Part shown: positions 37,376 to 50,226 of the stretch, in pieces
Layout: every line of letters starts with the position of its first letter
Position numbering within the stretch: position 1 is the first letter of the stretch
Assembly: GCF_963921235.1 (NCBI RefSeq)
Contig: NC_086108.1
Coordinates: 115,074,001 to 115,138,000 of the forward strand
Origin: Mobula hypostoma
Lineage: Eukaryota
Direction of reading: 5' to 3'
DNA length: 64,000 nucleotides
Notes under the pieces: generated by a model
Database searches by the model: none
Told to the model about the DNA's origin: nothing
Seen by the model: the letters and a program-made list of their open reading frames with translations, nothing else
Position numbers and translations under genes: made by a program

Positions 37376-40300
37376 ATGGAGTCTATTATTAATTTTGTCT
37401 CCTGGAATACTAATGGTCTTAATCATCCTATTAAAAGGAAAAAAGTTTTTAAAGTGTTCCGGAGACTTAAAGCACAAATTTTATTTTTACAAGAGACCCA
37501 TGTGCGGAGGGGGGACAGACTACGCTTTTTTTAAATTCTGGAAGGAACAACAGTTTCATTCGAACTCCAATGCTAAGAATTGAGGCGTCTCTATTTTTAT
37601 AGACTCCTCAGTTACTTTTATACAACATGATATTATTTCCGAATGGTAGATTTCTATTGGTTAGTGGTTTACTATTTAATAAAAAAGTAGTTTTGGTTAA
37701 TATTTATGCTCCTAATATGGACTGTCCGGAATTTTATAAATCATTATTTAATCAGTTTCCGAATTTGAATGAGTTTTCATTGATCTGGGGCGGAGATCTT
37801 AATACCTGTTTGTCTCCAGTTTTGGACCGTTCGGCTCCTTTACGGACCTTACCTAATAAATCTGCAACTTTGATTAATTCATTCCTTTCTGATTCTGGGT
37901 CGACGGACATTTGGCGTTTTTTGCATCCTCAGGAAAAAGATTTTTCTTTTTTTTCACATGTTCATCATTCCTATTCAAGAATTGATTATTTCTTTATTGA
38001 TTCTCGTCTTATTTCCTCAGTGATTAAATGTGATTATGATTCTATAACCATTTCGGATCATGCTCCACTTAAGCTTTCTATTAAAATTCTGGCCAATACA
38101 CAAAATAATAGACAATGGCGTTTTAATTCGCTGTTGCTTCTGGACTCGGACTTTGTTAACTTTATGAATGAACAGATTGATCTTTTTTTTACAATTAACC
38201 ATACAGAGGATATTTCTGTTAACACTCTTTGGGATACTTTTAAAGCTTATATTCGTGGTCAGATTATCTCGTATTCTGCTGCTTTGAGGAAGAAGCAGAA
38301 GCAGGAGGAGTTGGTAATTGTGGACAACATTAAGGAAATTGATAAGAAATATGCTATAGCTCCTTCTGAGGAGTTATATAAACAAAGAACTGAACTTCAA
38401 ATGGAACACAGTTTATTACTCTCGTCCTCGATTGTAAACCAATTAAAGAAAACAAGAAGTGAATTTTATGTACACAGTGACAAAATTGGCAAACTGTTGG
38501 CTAATCAATTGAAGTCTAGTATGCTAAATCTCAAATTAATCAGATTTATAACCAAAATGATCGACTGATACTTGATCATGTGGGGATTAATCAAACCTTC
38601 TGTGATTTTTACTCTTCCTTATATCAATCAGAGTCTCCTCGAGATTCTAAATATATGAATGATTTTTTAGATAATTTAGACTTCCCTGAGATTTCACAGG
38701 ATATGTCTTCTATGTTAGATACTCCCATTACCATGTATGAGATTAAGAATGTTATTTTCTCTATGAATTTGGGGAAGGCTCCTGGCCCTGATGGGTTTAC
38801 CATAGAATTTTATAAATGTTTTGCTCCTTCATTAATCCCTTGGCTCTGTAGGGTTTTTGAGGCTTCATTGAAACTTGGTAAACTTCCTGAATCTTTTAAT
38901 AGAGCGTCAATTTCTTTAATATTAAAGAAGGATAAAGATCCTGCTCAATGTGCATCTTATAGACCAATATCTTTATTAAATGTTGATTCTAAAGTTTTTT
39001 CTAAGTTATTAGCAAATAGATTAGAAAAAGTACTTCCCTCTATTATTTCGGAAGACCAAACGGGTTTTATTAAAGGTCGTTACTCTTTTTATAATATTTG
39101 CACACTGTTAAATATCGTTTATACTCCCTCACAAAATGTTTCTGAGTGTGTTATCTCTTTAGATGCTGAGAAAGCTTTTGATAGCGTAGAATGGCCTTAT
39201 TTATTTAAGGTGCTTGAAATGTTTAATTTTAGCTCGAAATTTATATCCTGGATTAAACTGTTATATTATTCTCCTGTGGCCTCGGTCCGTACTAACTCTT
39301 TAAGTTCACCTTTTTCCCCTCTTTTTCGAGGTACTCGACAAGGTTGTCCTCTTAGTCCCTTATTATTTGATATTGCACTAGAACCTCTTGCAATTGCCAT
39401 TCGAGAATCTCCAAATATTACTGGGATAACTCGGTATTATCACTCTATGCTGATGATTTACTTTTATATATTTCTAATCCTCAAAATTCCATCCCGGCTG
39501 TTTTAGAGTTATTAGCACAATTTGGTCTTTTTTCAGGTTATAAATTAAATCTTAGTAAGAGTGAACTCTTTCCGATTAATAAACAACTTCCCTTATATTA
39601 TAAATTTCCATTTAAATTGATTAACAATTATTTTTCATATCTTGGGATTAAAATTACTTGTAAATACAAAGATTTATTTAAGACTAACTTTTTTCCATTA
39701 ATAGACCATATTATTCAACTTTCATCTAAATGGTTTCCTTTATATTTAACTTTGATTGGTCGTATTAATGCAGTTAAGATGTTTTTTTTGCCAAAATTTT
39801 TATATATATTTCAGGCATTACCAATCTTTGTTCCAAAATCTTTTTTTGACAAAGTTGACTCTAAAATTTCTTCATTTATTTGGCAGAATAAAAACCCGAG
39901 ACTGGGTAAAATACATTTACAGAAAGCTAAGAGAGATGGAGGCTTAGTATTACCTAACTTTAGATTTTATTATTGGGCAATTAATATTTGACATATGAAA
40001 TTCTGGTTACTGGACCAGGATATACTATCCATTCCTAAATGGGTAGCATTGGAATTACAATCTGTTCAGGGTTTTACACTTGGCTCTATTTTAGGTTCCT
40101 CTCTCCCTTTTGATTTGAAACGCCTTAAACAGGTGTCTAACCCGATAGTTAGATATACCTTGTGTATCTGGTTTCAATTCAGAAAATTTTTTGATCTTAA
40201 TCAATTTGGGTTAGCGATTCCTATTTTAGGTAACATATTTTTTCCTCCCTCTTTTACAGATCGTGCTTTTCAAACTTGGAAGACTAAGGGTATTTCACGG

Positions 40301-41129
40301 TTTTTGGATTTATTTTTAGATGGTTCCCTTATGTCTTTTGAACAATTATCTAATAAATATAACTTATCAAGAATACATTTTTTTAGATATCTACAAGTTA
40401 GAAATTTCCTAAGTACTATACTCTCTTCCTTTCCAGTACTTCCTCCTACATACATTTTAGATACTATAATCAACCTTAATCCATGTCAGAAAGGTGCATC
40501 GGCTATGATTTATAATATTATTATGAAACTTAGGAAAGCTCCATTTGATAAGATTAGGGTAGATTGGGAACAGGAATTGGGGTTTACCATTTCCGTGGAT
40601 GACGGGGGGCAGATTTTACAATTAGTCAATACTTCCTCTATCTGTGCTAAACATTCCCTAATTCAATTTAAAGTTGTTCATAGAGCACATATGTCCAAAG
40701 ATAAGTTAGTGCGCTTTTATTCTCATATTAATCCTTTTTGTGATAGATGTCCGGGGCAGATAGCCTCTTTAACTCATGTTTTGGTCTTGCCCTACTTTGG
40801 AAACTTTTTGGAGAGACATTTTTAATATTATCTCCAAGGTATTGAATATAGATATCTCTCCTCACCCTATTACTGCTATCTTTGGACTACCTAAGATTTC
40901 CAGTAATCTTTCCCCTTCAGCCCGTAGGATGATTGCATTTCTTACTTTAATGGCGAAAAGATGTATCTTACAACATTGGAAAGAGCTTAATGCTCCAACT
41001 ACCTTTTTTTGGTTTTTTCAGACGATATTATGCTTGAATCTGGAGAAAATTAGAAGCAATCTTTATGACTCCTCATTTAAATTTGAACAGACTTGGAGAT
41101 CTTTTATTCAATATTTTCATTTAATGTAA
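37376..41129 (+). pseudogene. L1 ORF2 (APE endonuclease, RT, Cys/His C-terminus), several stops and frameshifts
   Basis: SWNTNGLNHPIKRKK, LQETH, GGDLN, SRIDYF, SDHAP, KAPGPDGF, YRPISLLNVD, LDAEKAFD, GTRQGCPLSPLLF, YADD and CDRC...HMFWSC motifs. Confidence 0.93.
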
Positions 41130-43125
41130 TATATACCCTTCTTGTTTTTTTCACTGTTTTTAATGGAGGTCGGGATTGAGGACGTGATTTTAAGTTTAAC
41201 TCTGTTTGGTTTCAAGTTAGCCCATTGCTTTGCTTTGCTTTTAGTTAGTTGCACGGTGAGTTTTTTTTTGGGGTTTTTTTTTCCTTTTCTCTATTGATAT
41301 ATATATAAAATTAGTATACTATTATGTTACCTTGGTATGTTATGTTTAAATTACATTGTTTGTAGTACTTTTTTGTATTAATATCTTCTGTAATTTTATT
41401 ATATTCTAACAGTGTATTAGTGTCTACATGGCTTACCTTTTTGTATACTTATTTAATAAAAAGATTTAAAAAGCAACATACGCTGGTGATATTAAATCTG
41501 ATTCTGATCTGTCCAAGTCCTTTTACAGACTCCCTGTTTCCTCAATACTACTTGGCTCTATCTTTTAAGCGCCCACAAACTTGGCCACAAAGTTATCAAT
41601 TCCGACATCCAAATTACTGACATATAATGTAAAAAGAAGTGGTCCTGAAGCACACAAGTCACCTGCAGCCAACCAGAAAAGGCCGCCTTTATTCCCATTC
41701 TTTGTCTCCTGCCAGTCCACTAACCTTCTATCCAGACTAGTACCTTATTGGTGGATGTATTACCATGGGCTCTACTCTTGTTTAGCAGCCTCATGTGCAG
41801 CATCTTGTCAACGGCCTTCTGAAAATCCAAGTAAATAACATCCACCAATTCTCCTTTGTCAATCCTGCCTGTTATTTCCCCAAAGAATTCCAACAGATTT
41901 TTCTGGCAAGATTTCCTCTGAAGGATACTGTCACTGATAGTCGGTGAGAAATAAGCAGCGAGACAATTTGGAACTGTTTTGCTCACAGCAGTTTCAAGCA
42001 TTCTGGTTTGGAGATGCCAGAATTGGCTGGGAGTGAAAATGAAACAATTTCACTACTTCAACAAGTTAGGAAACACAAACAGTTTAAAGGTTTTGAACAT
42101 CATCACGAATGTTACAATGAATGAAGATTTGGAGGATGCAATTGTCCAAAGCATTGTATGAAGGCAGTCCATTATCTGCACTAGGTATCTGCGCTGATTT
42201 TGTTCATTTCATCAAAAGAACATGGCAACGTACACTGGATGAATCCCTCCATTGATAACTATTAAGAACTAATACACAGTTTTATAGTACTAGTATTGGT
42301 AGTGTTCTAACTTGTTGTGTATTTCATTTAAATACATAATTTGTTACAGAGTTAAATGGTAGTTTGTGTTTTTAAAAAAATACCTATTCAACTATTTTCA
42401 TGAAACTTAGCTAAATAGGACAGTCGTTTAATCGGCCCAAAATGCTGCAATTAACTGGAATCAACTATTTTTTTATTTGTAATTTATTTGTGATAAAATT
42501 ACTTCCGGTGTGGTGCGTGAGTTATACGTGGTCCGGTGAACGTTGTTTCGTTTGGCTGCATACATGAACGTGGTTGAAATGACAATGACTTGAACTTGTC
42601 AGGAGTTTGCACATTCACTCAACTCCCGTTTCCTCCCACATTCCAGGGGCATTTGGGTTAGGGTTAGTAAGCTGTGGACGTGATACGTTGGCAACGGAAG
42701 CATGGAGACACTTGCGGGCTGCCCCCAGCACATCCTCGGATTGTGTGTGTCATTAATATAAAAAAAAGACATTTTACAGTATGTTTTGATTTATGTGTGA
42801 TAAATAAAGCTTTAACTCTTCTGACTAGATCTATCTCTCTCTCTCTCTACGGATGCTGCCTGGACTGGTGCAGCACTCACTGCTGTCAGTTTACATTACC
42901 AGTGTTTGGTTAAGGACGGAGGTGGGAGGAGGAATGGAGATGTATGTAGATGGCAGCTGCCACATTTCTCTCAGTAACTATGAAGATCTATCATTAACCC
43001 CACCCCCCTCCCCTCGAAGGCACAACACAGATCACAGGTCATCAGGAACCAGCTGGCTAAGGGCCCAAAGAACCCAGCTGTTGCCGGCAGCCACGGCCAC
43101 ACGCGACCACCCCACCACTCCCTAC

Positions 43126-43253
43126 CTGCTCGCCGCTCCCCTCCACCTTCCAGCAAGCTGCCGATGTCAGTCGGGAGGTGGAACTCGATCTTCCTTTGGC
43201 CTGGAGGCTGCAGCTGGTCAAACACTTCCGAAGGCGGAACAGCAGGATGAGAG
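43126..43253 (-). CDS. RNPC3: RNPC3 exon
   Basis: 128 bp, phase 2-1: (S)SHPAVPPSEVFDQLQPPGQRKIEFHLPTDIGSLLEGGGERRA. Acceptor CCCCACCCAG, donor GTAGGG. Confidence 0.9.
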
Positions 43254-43356
43254 CTGGGTGGGGAGGAACAGGTAGTCAGTAGGAATTTTGGCTTGGGTGG
43301 CCATAAGTTCCGTGGGTGGAGCAGGAAAACAGCACATTAACATCCTCTGCACCCAT

Positions 43357-43912
43357 CTGAGGCTTTGTAAGGCATTGCTCAGACTGCACTTCGTGTACTT
43401 TGAGCAGTTTTGGGCCCCTTATCTAAGAAAGGATGTATTGGCATTGGAGAGGGTCCACAGGAGGGTGCTCAAGAGAATGATCCCAGTAAAGAAAGGGTTA
43501 ACATATGAGCAGCATTTGATGGCTCTGGGGTTGTACTTGCTGGAGTTTAGAAGAATGAGGGAGGGTATCTCATTGAAAGCTATTGAATACTGAAAGGCCT
43601 ACACAGAGTAGATGCGGAGAGGACATTTCCTATAGTGGGGGAGTCTAGGACTAGAGGGCACAGCCTCAGAAGAGACACATCCATTTAGAACAGAAATGAG
43701 GAGAATTTCTTTAGGCAGAGAGTGGTGAATCTGTGGAATTCACTGTCACAGATAGCTGTGGAGGCCAATCATTGGGTATGCTGAAGGCAGAGTGCTAAGG
43801 CTACAGGGAGAAGGCAGGAGAATGGGGCTGAGAGGGATAATAAATTTGCCATGATGGAACACCAGAGCAGAATCAATGGGCCAAATAGCCTAATTCTGCT
43901 CCTATGTCTAAT
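43357..43912 (+). mobile_element. CR1 LINE 3' fragment
   Basis: LRLCKALLRLHFVYFEQFWAPYLRKDVLALERV, followed by a CR1 tail. Confidence 0.85.
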
Positions 43913-44592
43913 AGATTTATTGAGAATGAGTTCTAGCAAATCAATCTCAGGGTTGTATACAGTGACATATATGCACTTTGATAATAAACTTTTTTCGAAC
44001 TTTGATCATTTCTAGTTAAGTTTATGAATAGGAAAGGTTAGGGAGCCAAATATGGGGAACTGGAACAGACCAGTACATGGGAACTTAACCAGTATGGATG
44101 AGTTAGGCCGAAGGGCCTGTTTCTAAATCATAGGACTCTATAAGCCAGATTGAGGAGTTACTGGCAGAGAAAGCAAGTGGGCAAACGGGGAATGCAGACT
44201 GAATCGTGGGCTGGACAGGAGAGTGGGTGAGCAGAGATTCCCTAAGGACGTGAGGGGTGCAGATTCAGTCGTGGCCTTCATTAGATGTTGGATCAGTATT
44301 GACATTGCAAGGCAATGGGGGAGGGATGTAGCAGAGAGATTAGTTGTATTTCTGCAAGGAATGCTCACCACGAGGGGCTGGGATAAACGGGGAACTCTGC
44401 TATTAGATAGCACAATGTGCCGGGACTCTTTGGTGATGAACTGGTATCTGCTCGAGATTAGAAGTTTGGAGAAATTGATCTCAGATGTCGGAGAAGAGGT
44501 TGGAGCAAGGATAAGTGAACTAGGAGAAGTAGTGAGCCAGTGGGTAGATCGATTCTCTAACGCAGCCCACAGCCTGCTTATCATGCTCTCAC

Positions 44593-44718
44593 CTCTGGGA
44601 AGTCACTTTTGTCACGCTGATCAGATCCTTTAGCCTGGGCCGTTTCCGGAGTGACGCCCGTTTCCTCTTCTGTGGCTGCCTGGGAGGCTGTGTTGCTAAC
44701 CCCATCAGTCGGACCATC
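44593..44718 (-). CDS. RNPC3: RNPC3 exon (basic, NLS-like segment)
   Basis: 126 bp, phase 2-2: (R)MVRLMGLATQPPRQPQKRKRASLRKRPRLKDLISVTKVTSQ. Acceptor TTCTGCAG, donor GTGAGA. Confidence 0.92.
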
Positions 44719-45884
44719 CTGCAGAACACGGAGAACCCAAGTCTTAGACAGTGGGCTGAGAGTAGGAACATCAGGGAGACCAGCCACTCTGAGGCTGGGG
44801 AAGGCATTAGGTGGGGTAGAGGGCGAGACTGCGAATAGGTGCCCTGAACTAGAAGACCAAAGTCAAAGGAACAGAATTAGGCCATTCGAAATATCAAGTC
44901 CACTTCACCATTCCATCATGCTTGATTTATTATCCCTCTCAACCCTATTTTCCTGCGTTCTCCCCATAACCTTTGACGTCCTTACTAATCAAGAACACAT
45001 CAACTTCTGATTGAAATATACCCTATACTTGACCTGCACAGCTGTTTGAGGCAATGAATTCCACAGCTCCAGCACCCTCTGGCTAAAGAAATACCTAATC
45101 TCTGTTTTATAGGAACATTCCTCTATTTGGAGGCTGAGCCCTCTGGTCCTACACTCCCCCACTATAAGAAACATCCTCTCCATATCCATTCTATAGAGGA
45201 CTTCCAATATTTAATACGTTTAAATGAGATGCCCCCTCATTCTTCCTGAACTCCAACAAGTTTATAGAGTCATAGGACACTTGAGCACAGACACAGGCCC
45301 TTCAGCCCAACAAGTCAATACTGAACCATTCATCTGTCTAGTCCCATTGACTTGCACCCAGACTATAGCCCTTCATATCCCTCCCATCCAGGTACCTCCC
45401 CAAATTTCTCTTAAATGTTCAGACCTTCTAATCTACTCCAAGATCAATCTATTCCTTCCCCCCTACAAAAAGCTCCATTTTTCAATCATCAATGTGTCTA
45501 TCCAGGAGTCTCTTAAATGTCCTTAATGTATCTGCCTCTACCATCACATCTGGTAGCGTGTTCCACTCACTCAGCACTCTGTAGAAAAACTTACCTCTGA
45601 CATTCCCCCCATACTTTCCTCCAATCACCTTAAAACTATGCCCCCTTAGTCATTATCACCTTAGGAAAAAGTCTCTGGCTGTCCACTCAATCTATCCCTC
45701 CTATCATATTGCACACCTCTATCAAGTCACTTCTCATCCTCCTTCGCTGTAAAGAGAAAAGACTTAGCTTGTTCAACCTTTCCTCATAAAACCTGTTCTC
45801 TAATCCTGGCAGCACCCTGGTGAATCTCCTCAGCACCCTCCCTGAATATTCCACATCCTTCCTATAATGAGGAGATTGCAAGTA

Positions 45885-47500
45885 GGATAGGTAAAGGCGA
45901 TGCGGTGGATGTTGGACTTTAGGAAAACCTTTGACAAGTGCCGCACATGAGGCTGCTTACCAAGTTAAAAGCCCATGATACTACAGGAGAACATGCACTA
46001 ACATGGTTTGAACATGGGCTGAATGGTAGGAGGCAGCGAGTAGGAAGAAACGATCCTTTTCTGGTTGGCTGTCAGTGACTAATGGTGTTCTGCAGGGGTC
46101 GATGTTGGGACTGCTTCTTTTTATGCTGTATATAAATGATTTAGATGATGCAGATTGGTGGAGGGGCAGGTAGTGTTGAGGAAACCGGAAGGATGCAGAA
46201 GGACTTAGACAGATTTGGAGAATGGGAAAGAAAATGGCAAATGAAATACAATGTTGGAAAATGCAAGGTCATGCACTTTGGTAGTAGAAATAAATGTGCA
46301 GACTATTTTCTAAATGGGGAGAAAATCCAAGAATCTGAGATGCAAAGGGACTTGGGAGTCCTTGTGCAGAACACCCTGAAGGTTGAGTCGGAATACAAGA
46401 GCAAGGATGTGATGCTGAGGCTTTATAAGGCACTGGTGTGGCCTCACCTTCAGTATTGTGAACAGTTTTGGGCCCCTCATCTTAGAAAAGACGTGCTGGT
46501 ATTGGAGAGGGTCCACAGTAGGTTCACAAGGATGATTCCAGGAATGAAAGGGTTATCATATGAGGAACATTGTTGAGCGAGACATATCATGGGAAATAAC
46601 TTTGCCATGTCTAACCTGTTCAGGCCTTTTAACATTCAGAATGTTTCTATGAGATCCGCCCCCCCCCCCCCCCCACCGCCCCGCCATTCTCCTGAACTCC
46701 AGGGAATACAGCACAGGAGCTGCCAGATGTTCCTCATATGGTAACCCTTTCATTTCTGGAATCATTCTTGTGAATCTTCTCTGAACCCTCTCTAATGTCA
46801 GTATATCCTTTCTAAAATAAGGAGCCCAAAACTGCACACAATACTCCAAGTGTGGTCCCACGAGTGCCTTATAGAGCCTCAACATCACATCCCTGCTCTT
46901 ATATTCTATACCTCTAGAAATGAATGCCAACATTGCATTCGCCTTCTTCACCACCGACTCAGCCTGGAGGTTAACCTCCCAAGTCCCTTTGCATCTCTGC
47001 ATTTTAAATTCTCTCCCCATCTAAATAATTGTCTGCCTGTTTATTTCTTCCACTAAAGAGCATACACTTTTCAACATTGTATTTCATTTGTCACTTCTTT
47101 GCCCATTCTTCTAAATTATCTAAGTCTCTCTGCAGGCTGTTTCCTCAAAACTACCCACTCCCCCACCTATCTTTGTATCATCAGCAAATTTAGCCACAAA
47201 TCCATTACTCCCAGAGTCCAAATCATTGACATACATTGTAAAAAGCAGCGGTCCCAACGCCGATCCCTGTGGAACTCCACTGGTAACCGACAGTCAACCA
47301 GAATAGATTCCTTTATTCCCACTCTCTGTTGTCTGCCGATCAGCTAATGCTCCACCGATGCTAGTAACTTCCCTGTAATTCCACGGGCTTTTAGCTTGCT
47401 AAGCAGCTTCATGTGCGGCACCTTATCAAAGGCCTTCTGAAAATTCAAGTACACCACATCTACTGCATCGCCCTGCTTGTAATTTCCTCAAAAATTTGCA
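45885..47500. mobile_element. Two related CR1 RT fragments, tail-to-tail inverted (45885-46572 +, about 46590-47500 -)
   Basis: Both encode EYKSxDVMLRLYKALVxPHLxYCxQFWAP...RFTRMIPxMKGLxYEEH, on opposite strands. Confidence 0.85.
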
Positions 47501-47869
47501 GGTTAGTCCTATGGTCTAATGAGGTGACCAGAACGGAACACAATATTCCAGGTGTATTCTAACCAATTTTATAGAGCTGCAACATCACCTTGTAGCTTTT
47601 CAATTCAATCCCCTGACTAATGACGACCTACACACCGTATGCCTTCTTAACCATCCTATCAACCTGCACGGCCTGTGTCATAGTTTGGCTGCGTTAGACT
47701 GCATTCTGCTGCTTGTGAGGAGTGTATCCTGTGTTTGGAGTGGTACTTTACAAACAATTCCACACATGTGCGTTAAACATTAATCAGAGGGCTCTTGAAC
47801 CACAGGGGAACTGAGATCTACTCAGCTGATTGCAATGAGAAAAACAACAGCCTGGTATAACAACATCAG

Positions 47870-49210
47870 GGTGTGTGGGTAAACACCGTCTGTGGTCTCA
47901 CTGACTGAGATTGGCATGTTTCTTGGACAGCAGAGTGGAGTTGTGTGTGGGCAAACACTGTGTCTTGAGGTCTCACTGATTGAGATCAATAGTTGCTGGA
48001 CAAGACAGCAGAGTCATGTGTGGGGTAAACACTGTGTCTGTGGTCTCAGTGATTGAGATCGATGTGTTTGTTCACACGAGAGTGGAGACGTGTGTGACTA
48101 AACACTGTCTGAGGTCTCACTGAATGAGAGTGATGTGTGTTAGACAGGGGAGTGGAGATGTGAGTGGGTAAACACTGTCGCAGGTCTCACTAAATGAGAG
48201 TGATGTGTGTTAGACAGGGGAGTGGAGATGTGTGTGACTAAACACTGTCTCAGGTCTCACTGAATGAGAGTGATGTGTGTTAGACAGGGGAGTGGAGATG
48301 TGTGTGGGTAAACACTGTCTCAGGTCTCACTGAATGAGAGTGATGTGTGTTAGACAGGGGAGTGGAGATGTGTGTGGGTAAACACTGTCTCAGGTCTCAC
48401 TGAATGAGAGTGATGTGTGTTAGACAGGGGAGTGGAGATGTGTGTGGGTAAACACTGTCTCAGGTCTCACTGAATGAGAGTGATGTGTGTTAGACAGGGG
48501 AGTGGAGATGTGTGTGGGTAAACACTGTCTCAGGTCTCACTGAATGAGAGTGATGTGTGTTAGACAGGGGAGTGGAGATGTGTGTGGGTAAACACTGTCT
48601 CAGGTCTCACTGAATGAGAGTGATGTGTGTTAGACAGGGGAGTGGAGATGTGTGTGGGTAAACACTGTCTCAGGTCTCACTGAATGAGAGTGATGTGTGT
48701 TAGACGGGGAGTGGAGATGTGTGTGGGTAAACACTGTCTCAGGTCTCACTGAATGAGAGTGATGTGTGTTAGACAGGGGAGTGGAGATGTGTGTGGGTAA
48801 ACACTGTCTCAGGTCTCACTGAATGAGAGTGATGTGTGTTAGACAGGGGAGTGGAGATGTGTGTGGGTAAACACTGTCTCAGGTCTCACTGAATGAGAGT
48901 GATGTGTTTTAGACAGGGGAGTGGAGATGTGTGTGGGTAAACACCGTCTCAGGTCTCACTGAATGAGAGTGATGTGTGTTAGACAGGGGAGTGGAGATGT
49001 GTGTGGGTAAACACTGTCTCAGGTCTCACTGAATGAGAGTGATGTGTGTTAGACAGGGGAGTGGAGATGTGTGTGGGTAAACACTGTCTCAGGTCTCACT
49101 GAATGAGAGTGATGTGTGTTAGACAGGGGAGTGGAGTCCTGAGTGGGTAAACACTGTCTGAGGTCTCACTGATTGGGATCCATGTGTCTGCTGGACAGGA
49201 GAGTAGAGTT
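47870..49210. repeat. 70-bp tandem repeat: about 15 near-identical copies with diverged edge copies
   Basis: TGAATGAGAGTGATGTGTGTTAGACAGGGGAGTGGAGATGTGTGTGGGTAAACACTGTCTCAGGTCTCAC at 48261, 48331, 48401 and onward. Confidence 0.97.
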
Positions 49211-49395
49211 GCAGCAATGAGACGATGATCTCCCGATCTCCCTAACTCTCTATCCAATCCTATCAATGAGGCGACTTCCCTACTACCTATCCTATCCAAC
49301 ACTATCAAGACGACATCCCTACCATCTACCCCAATTAATGAGACAACATCCCTACCAGCTACCACATCCAACCTTATCAAGTAGACTTCCTTTCT

Positions 49396-50215
49396 TTCTT
49401 TTCAAATCTTTTTCTTTGTTATATTATACAGAAAAAATAACATGAGTACATTGAAGTAACAACACTTACAATGTCTCAAAAAAGACATTATCTTAAAGAT
49501 TGAAAAAAAATTTGTGATAACAAAAAAACCTACTAAGCAGCAAGTGAGAAAAAAAAAGAACCCATTAGGTGTACAACCCCGGAGTCATGTGTCATACAAA
49601 AAGCTTCTAACAATAAACATCAAACCGCCAGGAAGAAAAGAAAATATACTAAAAAATTTACAATTAGATCATGGAAAAATTATATCAATTAGTTCAAATG
49701 ATAATAACGAGCAAATGAGCCCCATCTTTTCTCAAAATCAAATAAAGGTTCAAAAGTTCGACTTCTAATTTTCTCCAAACTAAGACATAGCATCACTTGA
49801 GAGAACCATTGTCACAAAGTGGGAGCCGATGTATCCTTCCACTTCAACAAAATGGCCCTCCTAGCTATCAATGTAACAAATGCAATAACATGTTGGTCAG
49901 ACACAGAAATACCATGAATATTTTGAGGAATTATTCCAAAAAGCACTGTTAATTTATTAGGTTGTAGATTAATTTTAAGTGCTTTAGAAATTGTTGAAAA
50001 AACCGACTTCCAGCATAGTTCCAATATAGAACAAGACCAAAACATATGTGTCAGTGTAGCTATCTCAGTTTTACATCTATCACAATGACTATCAACATTA
50101 GAAAAGATTTTAGAAAATCTCTCCTTTGTCAAACGATAACAATGTACAATTTTAAATTGAATCAATGAATGGCTAGCACAAATTGAAGAAGAGTTAACCA
50201 ACTTCAAAATCCGCA
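49396..50215 (-). mobile_element. 5'-truncated L1 of a related family
   Basis: ILKLVNSSSICASHSLIQFKIVH...CDRC...LTHMFWSC, homologous to the 40.6-41.1 kb part of the full L1. A-rich tail; candidate TSD TCCTTTCT at 49388-49395 and 50216-50223. Confidence 0.88.
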
Positions 50216-50226
50216 TCCTTTCTACC

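Larger units (their letters stand above)
35635..41474 (+). mobile_element. Full-length L1-clade LINE (5.84 kb) with 15-bp TSD, antisense in an RNPC3 intron
   Basis: TSD AACATACGCTGGTGA at 35620-35634 and 41475-41489. 5' end GGGACTTCCGG, ORF1, T-rich spacer, ORF2, and tail AATAAAAAGATTTAAAAA. Confidence 0.95.

Noticed and set aside
41930..42470. Possible Tigger/pogo DNA transposon remnant
   Set aside because: Only a vague resemblance; no TIR pair or clear transposase motif could be verified.
44138..44633. Overlapping 136-148 aa ORFs on both strands in unique sequence
   Set aside because: No recognisable motifs. The RNPC3 frame closes correctly via the donor at 44592, so they are treated as chance ORFs.
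6086..49210. CRISPR-like arrays among the tandem repeats
   Set aside because: All arrays are head-to-tail units without unique spacers, in a eukaryotic context with no cas genes.
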